Shown here piece after piece: positions 44,634-54,975 of a DNA stretch of 64,000 nucleotides (the stretch's first letter is position 1; every line of letters begins with the position of its first letter). The DNA is from Pelagomonas calceolata (Eukaryota): positions 1,550,001 to 1,614,000 of the forward strand of contig CAKKNE010000001.1 in assembly GCA_918797485.1 (NCBI GenBank). The letters run 5' to 3'. Both the position numbers and the translations under genes were made by a program. The notes under the pieces are model-generated. The model was given only the letters and a program-made list of their open reading frames with translations. It did not search any database and had not been told where the DNA came from.

Positions 44634-45776
44634 TTACAAACCCACAAACCGAGCCAGCAGCCGCTCCTGCTCGCACCGAAATGCCCGAGCGAGGTCTCGG
44701 CGCCGGCGCGACACGTCGTCCGCGGGCGCGACGTCCTTCGCCGCCCGGAGCTTCGCGAGGTCCCGCCGCGCCGCCGCCTGGAACGGCAGGTAGTCGCGAG
44801 GCGCGGCAGCGAAGGGCTTCCAGTGCTTGGCAGCGTCCCGCGGGTCGTCATGATCGCGCGGGTCGAAGGGTGGCGCCCGCAGGCGCAGGTCCTCGCCCAC
44901 CAGCGCCACCGCGCCGTCGACGACCAAGGAGCGCTCGCTCCGACCCCCCACAACGGCTCGGTCGAAGAGGAGGTCCAGGCTTGAGGACGCCACCGGTGGT
45001 GCGAGACGCACCGGCTCGTCGTCGACGGAACCCTCGTACGAGATCTCGTCGCGCCAGGCGTCGTAGCGCGGCTCGAGGCCATTTCGGCCGTCCGCGGCGC
45101 AGAGGTGGGCGCCCGGCACGAGGACCGCGTCGGGCGCGCGGCACGCCAGGGCCGCGAGGGCCGCGACGACGAAGGTCAGACGGAACGGATAGGACCGTCC
45201 GATCTCCTCAGAAATCTCCGGCGGCAGCGTCGACGTTGCGACCAGTGCACCAGCGACCAAAGTACCCGCGACGTTCCTTACGCGCGCTGCGCCCCTCGCG
45301 CCAAAGTTGCCGCGCGCCGCCCGGGCGTCGACCAGATCCACCGCCGCGTCGATTTTCGTCGCAGAATCTGCGTCGACCATGGCCCGGAGTTTGTCCCGCC
45401 GCCGCCGGTCGCGCCGCGCCCGCGCCGTGGCCGCAGGCGTCGCGAGCGACCGGAGCTCGTCGATGTCCCAATAGACCGGTCGGAGCGGGTCCGGCGACGC
45501 CTCGGGCGTTTCGCAGCCGCCGTCAGCCCACGCACGCGCGAGCTTTACTGCCAGCCGCTCTCGGGAGTCGCATTCCTCCCACGCTGCCCGTGCGACGCCC
45601 TCGGGCGGCGCCTCCCACTCCGTCGCTTCCATGCACGCGGCGCGCGGCGCGCGGAAGCCGGTCGCGTCGACGGCGGCGCCGGCGGCTTGCATTTCGTTCA
45701 GTACACTGCGGGGTTCAGTTGCGACCATGGCTTGCGCGACGGCGTACAGCAGCCAGAGAGTCGTTTGGCGCAGCAT
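44634..45776 (-). CDS. Hypothetical protein with signal peptide
   Basis: MLRQTTLWLLYAVAQA; 380-aa frame with coding-like GC3. Confidence 0.65.
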   Translation of the reverse strand: MLRQTTLWLLYAVAQAMVATEPRSVLNEMQAAGAAVDATGFRAPRAACMEATEWEAPPEGVARAAWEECDSRERLAVKLARAWADGGCETPEASPDPLRPVYWDIDELRSLATPAATARARRDRRRRDKLRAMVDADSATKIDAAVDLVDARAARGNFGARGAARVRNVAGTLVAGALVATSTLPPEISEEIGRSYPFRLTFVVAALAALACRAPDAVLVPGAHLCAADGRNGLEPRYDAWRDEISYEGSVDDEPVRLAPPVASSSLDLLFDRAVVGGRSERSLVVDGAVALVGEDLRLRAPPFDPRDHDDPRDAAKHWKPFAAAPRDYLPFQAAARRDLAKLRAAKDVAPADDVSRRRRDLARAFRCEQERLLARFVGL

Positions 45777-45966
45777 ATCTCGAGCCGTGCGATGATTACG
45801 CGTTTGCTTGAGTGTTTGGATTAGGTGTGCTGGCAGAGCACTGCGTCACGAATCGGCGTCGGGTTGAGATTCGCAGGTCCGCAGGCACAAATAGCGATGC
45901 CTGGCTATGTCTGCCGAGGATATTGCAGCCCTAAAGCTACAAAACGCTACGCCGAGAAGATCGCGG

Positions 45967-45988
45967 GCTAGCGGTGAAAGACACTAGC
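45967..45988 (+). promoter_or_regulatory. CTAG-bounded intergenic motif
   Basis: GCTAGCGGTGAAAGACACTAGC between divergent starts at 45776 and 46279. Confidence 0.6.
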
Positions 45989-46278
45989 AAACGATGAGAA
46001 TGCCGGACACAGCGTTCGGCCTGCACGCGCTTGGTGACGAACGTAAGCCACAAGCTGCCAAACGTTCACGCTGGCAGCGAATTTGTCGGCCCAAGTGCTC
46101 CGGGGCCGTCAAACCCTCTGCGAGAGTGGGAGAGCATACCACTGTAGCCAGGCTTCATCGGCCCAAAAGCTGCCGCACGGGGGCATAAAACGAGCCGGTA
46201 GCCGAAAAAGGGAAGAATAAGCGGCCGGACTGGACCCTGAGCACAACAGGCAAAGAAACAAACTTTCGCGTCAACACG

Positions 46279-47106
46279 ATGGGCAACGCAAATTCCTCCC
46301 AAACACGCCGCCGTCGCCGGAGCGGCAACGGCGCCGAGATGTTCGCGGGCTTCCAGCCCGGCACCCAAGTCGGCCTCGGGGTCGGCCGGCCGGGCGCGCG
46401 CGTCGGCGCGGGGCGGCCAGGAGCGCGGCGGTGGATCATGCCGCCCACGATCGACCGCAACCACCTCGACACCATGGACCCGGCGACATATGCCTTGGTG
46501 CGAGACATGCTCACGCGCCAGTACTTGGCAGCACACGGCCCGGCCCTGATGGCGCCGCCCCTGTCGCCGGTCGTGGCGCCGCGGGGCCGCGCCCACGCGC
46601 CGGCTCCACGCGGCCCCGTAGTCATTATCCAGCGCCAGGCCACGCCCTGGCGGACGGCGCGCGAAGAGCGCGCCTCGCGGGAAGCTCACCGACGCTTCGA
46701 GCGGAACCGGTGGCGCCCGCCGGGGACGTTTACCACCGTGGTGCACACGAACGAAGAGGACTGGGACGGCCGCGCGCGCGCGCCCTGGATGCGCGACGAG
46801 CGCGGGCGGCGCGTCCAGACCCTCGCGGCGGAGTCCGAGCGCGCGCGCCTGCAACAGCGGCGCCGCGAGGAGGAGAGCCGCCGCGTGCGACGACCGTCCA
46901 AGATTCGGTCGGCGTTCAAGCGGATGATGGGCCGCAAGAAGCCGCCCACGGGCGAGGCCGCCGAGTGCGTCGTTTGTTTGGACGCGCCGACGGGCGTCAA
47001 GCTCAAGCCGTGCGGGCACCTCGTCCTCTGCGAGGCGTGCTCGCAGCGCGTCGACGTGTGCCCCGTCTGTCGCGAGCCGATCGCGGAGCGGCGGGCGACT
47101 GTGTGA
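46279..47106 (+). CDS. C-terminal C3HC4 RING-finger protein, possibly N-myristoylated
   Basis: MGNANS start; CVVCLD...PCGHLVLCEAC...CPVCR. Confidence 0.85.
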   Translation: MGNANSSQTRRRRRSGNGAEMFAGFQPGTQVGLGVGRPGARVGAGRPGARRWIMPPTIDRNHLDTMDPATYALVRDMLTRQYLAAHGPALMAPPLSPVVAPRGRAHAPAPRGPVVIIQRQATPWRTAREERASREAHRRFERNRWRPPGTFTTVVHTNEEDWDGRARAPWMRDERGRRVQTLAAESERARLQQRRREEESRRVRRPSKIRSAFKRMMGRKKPPTGEAAECVVCLDAPTGVKLKPCGHLVLCEACSQRVDVCPVCREPIAERRATV

Positions 47107-47124
47107 TAATAAGTGTCCTTAGTC

Positions 47125-48458
47125 TCACCACGGGATTTGCGAGAAGAAGCGGAGGAACGGCAGCACGTACCCGAGCACGCGATACCCGCAATACGCGAGC
47201 ACGTTGCACAGAGCGAACTTTAACGCGGCCCGCCATGCCAGCCGTACGACTGTTACTACGACAAACGCCATCGCTCGTCCCAACTCCGTCCACGATATCA
47301 AGGCCTCGGGCGATTCGATTCGGGCGGCGAGCGCATCAAGTAAGTCCGGCGAAGGTCCGAGCGCAGCAATTTGAGTACAAATTAAGTCCCACGAAGGTCC
47401 CAACGGCCCCGAGACCGTGCTGACGAAGAACCACAGCATCATAATCACGATCACCGAGGTGACCACATAAACGGCCAGGACGACATCGATGACGTCTTGC
47501 ACGATCAGGGGTGCTTTGCGGCCGAGAAATTCTCGGTAATTGTTGCGGCGGAGATTCAACGATCTCTCCGTGCCGCGGCGTTGGTACACATCGACCGCGG
47601 TGCCTTCGACGAGCTGGCCGTATTTGGGCCATGGTCGCTGCCCTGCGAACTCGACGCACTGAGTGGGCTTGCCGTCGACACCGGTGCACGAGTGCTGGAC
47701 CGTGATGTCGAGCGCGATGCGCGTATCGGCGCACGGGAGAATGCACGAGTCTCCAACGCCATAGGGGTCGTACCTGCAGAGGAAATCAACCAGTTACATC
47801 GCGTCGACGGCGAATCTGACGCAGGGTCTCGCATCACGACGAACGTCTGGCCCTCCTTGAAGACCTGCCCAGCAAACTTCTCCTTCACGAAGCGTTCCAG
47901 GTCGGCCGCGTCGATGTGCGCGCGGCCTAATAAGGGCCCTTCCTCCCAGCCGCATGGCGCGACGCATAGACTGAGCGTCGTGAGGGCCGATGCAGGCGAC
48001 GGAAACCACGGTCGAACCGTCACCTCGTCCCCCTCGTTCATGCCCGTCTCCTCGCGCTGGGCGTAGCCGAGCGACAGGACACCGCGCTCGACGGCGTCGA
48101 GCGCCTGGGCCAGGTAGACCCAGTCGCCGGCACCCGTCGTTACTTGTAAGAAGCAGGGCCCGTCGTCCTGTCGGAAGGCCTGGAAGTCGACGCCGCTGAG
48201 GTAGACCTTGTTCTCGCAGGGGAAGTTTCCGATGCCGTTGGGATAGCACCCGCATTTCAGCGTCGACGGGGGCTCGGTCCGCTGCGCGATCGAGCTCGCG
48301 CCGGCCCGGGGCGCCTCCGGGGAATTCACGCCGCCGCTCCGGAGCGTGCCTGACGACGGCGCCGCGCGAGTGGCGTCGGGACGGTCGGGTCGCCGCGGCG
48401 ACTCGGGCGGCTCGGGCCCGCGCGCCGCGGCGGGTCTCAGTGGTGAGGAGGCCGGCAT
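47125..48458 (-). CDS. NSF/Cdc48 N-domain-like protein with C-terminal transmembrane segments; exons 48458-47833 and 47773-47125
   Basis: NKVYLSGVDF...GVLSLGYAQRE..GMNEGDEVTVRPW...IDAADLERFVKEKFAGQVFKEGQTF; splicing joins it in frame to the hydrophobic ORF 47125-47589. Confidence 0.65.
47774..47824. mobile_element. Short degenerate introner; GC-AG intron 47832-47774 on minus strand
   Basis: CTGCAGAGGAAATCAACCAG left end, TCGCGTCGACGGCG core, TSD remnant GGTCGTAC/GGTCTCGC (5/8). Confidence 0.72.
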
Positions 48459-49028
48459 CTTTTGGATTCTTGGGCCCGGCGGCGCCGCGGCGACAGAGAT
48501 TTGCTTTGTAACTGGTAGTCACCTCGAGAATCGAGATCTCCGCACAGAGCGGTCTCTGGCGTCTTAGCCGACGAGGGCGGTCTAAGTGCGGTCTAAATGA
48601 CTATGAATTCACGCCACGCTGCTCGGAGGTGCACAAACGCGCTCGGAGTAATCGCATCGACCGCTCGACTTGCTCGAGCAAAACCGCCGAGCGATGATAA
48701 GGACTGATCCCTGACCTGGCTCGAAACTTGCGTCGAAGGTCCCTGCCGAAGTTTGCGGGATGCGTGAGCCCAAAACCCGAACATGCTCTCCCAATAAAAA
48801 TGCCAAAGGGCAAATCAGGCAATTCGTGAACACAATCACGCCTCTGGCGATGGGACAGCGCTAGAAAAAATAGTGCCGAGGCAGCGCCTCCCCACGACCG
48901 GTGCCCTGCAAAGTAGGCAGGGGCTGCCAAGACACCCTGGCACCTGAGCCCTGGCAATTGAAAGGATGCGCCAGAGCTGGCCAGGGCACAGACAGCGCTC
49001 GCGCACGTCGCGCGACGGCAGGATCGAC

Positions 49029-49832
49029 ATGGCCCGCGGGCCACGGTACGTCGACTTCGGAGCCATCCACCGCGACCGCCAGCGGCGGCGGGACGCCAAG
49101 GCGTCGGGTCATTTGGGGAACGTCGGCCAAGATGAGTTCACGGCAGACGGCTTGGTGAAGGCTGCACCACGCCCGCCGCGGAGCCACACGACTAGCACGT
49201 TCGATAATGGTATGGAAGCGTTCCAGGCTGTGAGCACGGCCCAGCGCAAATCGGACGCGCGCAAGACGAGTCTCTCCGATTTGGCCATAGGCGGCGGCGA
49301 GGCGCTGAGCGCCGTCTTCCGCTCGCCGGAGTTGCGCCGCAAGGCGATACAGGACGCCCTGAACTCGCCCACCTCAGTCCTAACCGACATCAGCCAGGCC
49401 GTGCGGCGCGGAGCCGCCGAGAACAGTAGTTTCGATCTCGCATCGCTCGTTCGCACCAAGGCATCGCTTGCCCTGCTCAAGCCGCCCGAGCCCGAGCCCG
49501 AGCCCGAGCCGGTTGTGAAACGGCGGCCGAGTCTGGAACGAAGGCGGCGCGCGCGAGCGTTCATGAAGACGGTGGAGCGGCGGCAGTCGTTCGAGGGAGA
49601 CGAGGAGCCCGCGACGCCGCGCGAGCCGAAGCCCGTGCCCGTGCCGGCGGCCGCGAAGCGCACCGGGGCGCGCAGGCCGGGGTTCGACGGTGCCGCAGGA
49701 ATCAAGACGAACATGCGACGCTTTGCGCGGAAATTCGGCACCGCGAAGGAGCGCCAACAAGCGATCGCGGACAACGCGAGACTTAATGGGACGGACGCGC
49801 GAACCTACGCCGTCGCGGGTGCCACGGGCTAA
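49029..49832 (+). CDS. Hypothetical basic, low-complexity protein
   Basis: ATG 49029; protein-like frame containing a PEPEPEP tract. Confidence 0.65.
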   Translation: MARGPRYVDFGAIHRDRQRRRDAKASGHLGNVGQDEFTADGLVKAAPRPPRSHTTSTFDNGMEAFQAVSTAQRKSDARKTSLSDLAIGGGEALSAVFRSPELRRKAIQDALNSPTSVLTDISQAVRRGAAENSSFDLASLVRTKASLALLKPPEPEPEPEPVVKRRPSLERRRRARAFMKTVERRQSFEGDEEPATPREPKPVPVPAAAKRTGARRPGFDGAAGIKTNMRRFARKFGTAKERQQAIADNARLNGTDARTYAVAGATG

Positions 49833-49857
49833 CTGTATATATGATAGCTCTGTTTAC

Positions 49858-51095
49858 CTAGGGGCGCTGTTTGGCCCTGCGCATGAGTCGAGCGCCGCGC
49901 GTGGCAGTGTTCGCCATTTGCGCATCGACGGCGGAAGATACTCGCTGGTGGCGCCTATAAAGCTCTTTGAGGTCGCAGTTGGGCTGCGAGAGGGCGACCG
50001 CGGCGAGCGAGCGATTGGCGGCCGTCGACGACCAGGAAATCGCCTCCGGCGGCAGCACCGGCCGCTCCGCGAGCGCCCCGGAGTGAGCGATGATTCGCGC
50101 CGCCCCCGAGATTTGGATGAAGAAGGGAATCGTCACGAACGCGAAGCCGGATGCCAGCGAGATGACCGGCACCATGCGCCAGCCCCAGCCCAAGTCCCGC
50201 TCCCGGAACAGCCAGACGTCCAGGCCCTGCATAGGCCTCATCGCCTCGAACAAAAGCCCGAGGAACATTCCCCATGCGCTCATCGCGAAGTAGAGGCCCC
50301 CGGTCATCTGTGTGCGAGTCGACCAGTGAGTCGCGTGCGCGTCGCGTCGATGGCGTGCAGGTCATGATTCAGCCACGGGCAGCGAAATTTGATCTGCGCA
50401 CTGCTCCGCACGGGAAGCATCTGTGTACTCCGGAGGGCGTCGCGCAGGTTGTCGACGTGCACCGGAAGATAAACGTGGAGCGCGTAGAGCTGGAACAGCA
50501 CGGCGCAAAACGCGGTGAAGAAGGCGTTCAGGTTGAGCGAGAGGCAAATGATGTGCAGCGGCGGTCCCCGCGCCTGGTCGCGGCCCAGGTCGAAGGCGAT
50601 CAAGGTGAGCAAACCGCCCAGCAGGAGTGCGGACACGAGCATGAATATCTGGGACTGTTCCATGTACGCCTCGCGCAGCCGGTGGCCGTCCAGCGCGTCG
50701 AAGACGGCGCGGTACCAGCCCGGCCGATTCGTGAAGACGAAGGCGACCTCGAGCGGGTTCGGCAGCGTATATCGACGGAACGAGCTCCACAGCGGCCGCC
50801 GCTCGCCTTCCTCGTCGCTTAGGCGAGCCGGGTAAAACCGCGCACTCTGACCCCGCAACGCGAGGCGCAGCTTCGCGACCTGGACCCGCGTCAGCTTCTC
50901 CGCCGCGGCGACGTCCGAGAGCAGATCGCGGCAGAGGTCCTCGTCGGCGGTCTCGAGGACAAACCAATCCACGACAGCGCTCACGCCCTGGGCCATGAGG
51001 GCTGCTGTGCACCGCGGCGCCGCGTCGTCCCCGACGGCCCGCTGGACCACGGCAAGGAGCTCATCACACTCGGCTCGTGGCTCTCTGGCCTCCAT
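49858..51095 (-). CDS. Hypothetical multi-pass membrane protein; exons 51095-50412 and 50307-49858
   Basis: Four hydrophobic segments; splicing gives QMLP-MTGGLYF. Confidence 0.65.
50308..50403. mobile_element. Degenerate introner; GT-AG intron 50411-50308 on minus strand
   Basis: CTGTGTGCGAGTCGACCAGTGAGTCG...GTCGCGTCGATGGCGTG...AAATTTGATCTGCGCACTG; donor exactly 8 nt outside the element end. Confidence 0.85.
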
Positions 51096-51281
51096 CCTGG
51101 TGCTGCCCGACGAGCACTGCGCAGGCGAACGCACCCGGACGAGCTACCTGCGCAACGCTTTGCGCTGCCCGATTTGAGATCGAGATCTCGATCTGCGGAG
51201 CCGAGCCGACCCGCACGCGAAGAAGAAAAAGTCAGTTCAGTTAAATTAGACGGCCGAGGTATGCACAAGGAGGGGAGGAGT

Positions 51282-52661
51282 TCACGCGCCGCGGTCGGGC
51301 CGGCAGCGGCCCATGCGCTTGTAGTCGCGCGCGCGGAACGTCACGTCGAAGGCCTCGCCGCGGCGCCCGTCGTCGCACTGGGCGCAGGGCTCCGTCGCCC
51401 AGCGCACGTCGCCGTTTCCATCGACGTCGAAGGCGATCGCGTAGTCGACCGGGAAGAGCGCGTTGATGGCCCGCCACTCGTCTAAGGTAACGATCTCGCA
51501 GTCGAAGTCCGTGGCCTGGGAGTGGTGGGGGAGTAAATCTGCTGATTCTCCCCTTAACCACGCCGTGACGTGCGCCGGGATTACTGGTAAGCCGTGCGCG
51601 TGGCAGAGGCAGTCCGACGTCGTCGGCGGGCCCGGTCGTTCCGCGCCGCTCACGGCTAAGGACCGGCGCCACTTTTTTAACCATGCTCGAGGCACGAGGC
51701 GGTACGCGCCGGGGCTCAAGCGTGCTGATGCACCCGGGAAGCCTTTCCGAGCGCGCTCCTTGGGCAGTAGACCCCTTAGCAGTGACGAAGGCGAGCTCCG
51801 GCGCTGCAAGGCCGCCTGGAGCGGTTTCTTGGGCTTCGCCCACCAGTGCGCCGCGCACTCGTCGACCTCCCTTAAACGCTCGAGCCTCTCGTCGTCCTGT
51901 TGCTGCTTAACAAGAGCTCTGGCCTCCTTCCTATCCTGCACGCACTGCAGACACTCGAGACACTCGGCCGCCGTCGACGCCTTGAATTTCGTCGAGAGCG
52001 GAAACCGCCCCTGGATGGCGCGCCACGTCTCTCTAGAGACCAACACCCGCTTGCTACCAGGACGAGCACACGCGCGCGGACACAGGAAGCCGTGCTCGCA
52101 CAAAATCTCCGCGTTCGCATCGGGCCACGGCGGGAGGGCCTCGCCCGAGTTGCTCCTCGATCTTCGTCGCTGGGGCGTGCCTTTCTGGGAAGGAGACAGC
52201 AGCTTCGCCCGCGACTGCTCGTAGTACCTCCTCAAGTGTTGCGCCCAGTTCTTCGAGAGCCAATAACCCCTCACAACGTCATCATCTCGTGGCTCCGTCG
52301 CCGTCGCACAGCCGTCGGCTATTTTCTCGAGCTCCGCGACCCTCAACGAAGCGAGGGCCTCGCCGGCATCGTTCCTCGTCTCCGTTGTTGTTCTCCGGTT
52401 CTTGGACGGAGACGTCATCTTCGATCGCGCTAGGGCTCGCACGACGCCGTCATATCTTGAACCGCCGATTTGTCTACATAGCAACGGGACGTCATTCGCG
52501 GTGATGACGTCCTTGGCCGATTCTCGTAATGCTGCGATGTCGCGGGCGTGGAGCTTTTCGAGGCTCAGGCCGAGGACGCCTTCGGGCAAAGCTCTCAGAG
52601 GATTGGCGTCCTCGTCCAGCGTCGTCGCTGATAAAGCGGTGGCGAGGTCGTGCGCCGCCAT
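51282..52661 (-). CDS. Protein with USP48/UBP26-like DUSP-type Cys/His repeats, no USP catalytic domain seen
   Basis: YWLSKNW...NAEILCEHG...LVSRETWRAI...CLEC and LVPRAWLKKWR...PGPP...LCHAHG...VTLDEWRAI...CAQC. Confidence 0.65.
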   Translation of the reverse strand: MAAHDLATALSATTLDEDANPLRALPEGVLGLSLEKLHARDIAALRESAKDVITANDVPLLCRQIGGSRYDGVVRALARSKMTSPSKNRRTTTETRNDAGEALASLRVAELEKIADGCATATEPRDDDVVRGYWLSKNWAQHLRRYYEQSRAKLLSPSQKGTPQRRRSRSNSGEALPPWPDANAEILCEHGFLCPRACARPGSKRVLVSRETWRAIQGRFPLSTKFKASTAAECLECLQCVQDRKEARALVKQQQDDERLERLREVDECAAHWWAKPKKPLQAALQRRSSPSSLLRGLLPKERARKGFPGASARLSPGAYRLVPRAWLKKWRRSLAVSGAERPGPPTTSDCLCHAHGLPVIPAHVTAWLRGESADLLPHHSQATDFDCEIVTLDEWRAINALFPVDYAIAFDVDGNGDVRWATEPCAQCDDGRRGEAFDVTFRARDYKRMGRCRPDRGA

Positions 52662-53136
52662 GGCGCCCACCGAATCTCCGAGGTGCGCTCAACTGCCGTA
52701 TCGGCTCGTCAAACAAACAGGGCGTCCCGCGGCCGTGTGCGGCGGGCGCCGGCGGTTGGCGGGCCGGTAAGGCGCCGGGCGAGCGAATAGGTTAGCGGGC
52801 GAACACCGTAAAACCAGTCAGAGCAGCTTCCAGCAACGGTGGTCAAATCTCGTCTAACAAGGCCGCAGCGGTGCGGGGTGGCCGCTCTATCGAGAGTGCC
52901 TACTCTCGGATTGCGGAAGACGCAGTGTTGTGTCTTCGGGTGGGCTGTGCGGCCCGTGTGGCGTGCGTGAATATGCCACAGGTGCGGCTGCGCAAATTTG
53001 CTCGTCGCGCCGACCTCCCTGAAATTCCTCGCAAACCGGTATATGAGCCCAAAGAGACGTCCCAAGACAACTAGGGTAAACAAACACACAGCTACTTAGC
53101 CTAAAACATAAAACACGCCCGCGTTCACGGACAGAC

Positions 53137-53490
53137 TCACCGCAACTTCTCGAGCGCCTCGAACGCCGCCACCGAAGCGCCCCGCTCGCGCAACAACCGC
53201 CGGACGCGCGGCTTACAGGTGCGGAGGCTCCCCGAGCACGCGACGACGCGGCACGACGCGCCCGCGAGGGCCTTGAAATATTTCGCATGTGATCGTGCCA
53301 CGCGCACGACGACGACGCGCGAGCCGCGGTCGTGGAAGTTGACGCGCGGGTCCAGCCGCCCGAGGCCGACCTCGCCGAGCGCGGCGAGCGCGCGCTGCCG
53401 GAGGACGCGCGCGATGCCCTCGGCGTCGTCCATTTGGCTCGACGTAGCCACGAAGGTAAAGTAGCGGTGCTTCGCCAGGGAGCTGGCCAT
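53137..53490 (-). CDS. RNase P/MRP subunit, Pop5/Rpp14 family
   Basis: KHRY near the N-terminus, VVVRVAR, RVVACSGSLRTC. Confidence 0.75.
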   Translation of the reverse strand: MASSLAKHRYFTFVATSSQMDDAEGIARVLRQRALAALGEVGLGRLDPRVNFHDRGSRVVVVRVARSHAKYFKALAGASCRVVACSGSLRTCKPRVRRLLRERGASVAAFEALEKLR

Positions 53491-53846
53491 CCGTTCGCGT
53501 CGACAGACGTCAAGCGAGTGCTGGGTCCTCTGAGTGCTGGGCCACAGTGCGACGTGCCGTGCCTTAGCGATGCGCCGGAGCAGAGCGCTTGAGTGCTTTT
53601 AATGAATGCGTCGCCTGATGACAAGTGCGGCAAAGCGGCTGCAGCTACGTCGCAATTTGCAAGCCGCTATGGAGCACCCGCACTATAGCGCATCGTGCCT
53701 TGCTGCCGCGCTGCGCGAGCGCATGAGTCACGCCAGGACACATTGAGTGTCGGCAATCGACATATCTCGGACCCACGCATCATCACGCAGCGTGTCGCAT
53801 CGTAGAGCTGGCCCACACTTGAGTACACATAGCGTGCTCTCAACTC

Positions 53847-54545
53847 ATGTCAGCGCTGGAACAACGCAACAAAAAGCAGCGCGCCGCGCCACCGCAGCGA
53901 GACAAAAGAAATGCGGGAGAAGACACGCTCGACGACGACGACGAGGACGCCGCGACGACGCCGGCGCTCGCCGTCGAGCTCCGGACGGACGGCTACCGCG
54001 TCGCCGCGCTGCTACAGCCAGCACCGCCCGTCGAGGTGAAACGCGCCCGCGGCGCCGCAAAACCGCAGAAACCACCGCCGGCCTTCGGCGAGGTGTGGCC
54101 GTACGGCACGGCAGAAGCGACGGCGCTCCTCCGCGCGCTCGACCGGCGCGTCCTGCCGCGCGCGCTGGCGCCGGGCCTCGCGGGCGTCGTGCGGCTCCGC
54201 GTAGTCGACCGGCGGCCCGGCGGCGGCGGCCCGCGCGAGGTCGCGTGCCGCGTCGGCGTCGGCGACGAGGACGCCGCGGAGCCTGCCGCGCGCCCGCCGC
54301 GGCCCCTGGGCGCGCCGGCACCCAGGCGGTCCCTCGCGGACGCGCTTGATGACGATGGCGGCGACGATTCGGACGACAGCGACGACGACGCGGAGGACGT
54401 CGTCGTCGCGGAGCCCCCGCGCTGCGACGACTTCGTCGACGTCGTTGAAGAGGACGAGGAAGCGGAGGAGGCGTCCGTGGCGGCGCTGCGGGCGCGCCTT
54501 TCGTGCTTGGTCGACGTCGCGCGCGCACACGGTCTTGCTTCCTAG
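53847..54545 (+). CDS. Hypothetical protein, possibly Spt20 SEP-domain-like
   Basis: VELRTDGY...WPY...LLRALDRRVLP...VRLRVVDRR resembles the Spt20 core; acidic tail. Confidence 0.45.
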   Translation: MSALEQRNKKQRAAPPQRDKRNAGEDTLDDDDEDAATTPALAVELRTDGYRVAALLQPAPPVEVKRARGAAKPQKPPPAFGEVWPYGTAEATALLRALDRRVLPRALAPGLAGVVRLRVVDRRPGGGGPREVACRVGVGDEDAAEPAARPPRPLGAPAPRRSLADALDDDGGDDSDDSDDDAEDVVVAEPPRCDDFVDVVEEDEEAEEASVAALRARLSCLVDVARAHGLAS

Positions 54546-54975
54546 CTCGATTTAGTAAGTGTCTTTGTTGTGGTCATGGAGTCTTGCTACGAGTCCCTGT
54601 GGAGTTGTGGCGCGCGGATCGCGGCTCGACGCGACGACGAGGCGCTGCTCATCACGCAGCACCGACCCGGTCGTGGACAGCGCGCCGAGCAGAATTACGC
54701 GACATTGCGGTAAAAGTAGTATCATACATATTTGTCAACGCGCCAGCCGTTTTGCGTATTCGCGACGAGCCAATCGGGAGCAAGGAGCTGCGAAAAAAAG
54801 GGCAACAGTTTTTGGCCATAACTCGCGCTCCCGCGTCGCGCAGTGCTTAGGAAATAGTTGAGACGACTGTCCAAGCAGTTGGCAATTTACTCCGTGACAG
54901 CGAGGCAATAAAAAACAGCCAACAGCCAAAAGGCAAAACGCGCGCCTAGCGGCGAAACACAGCGAAACGACGAAG

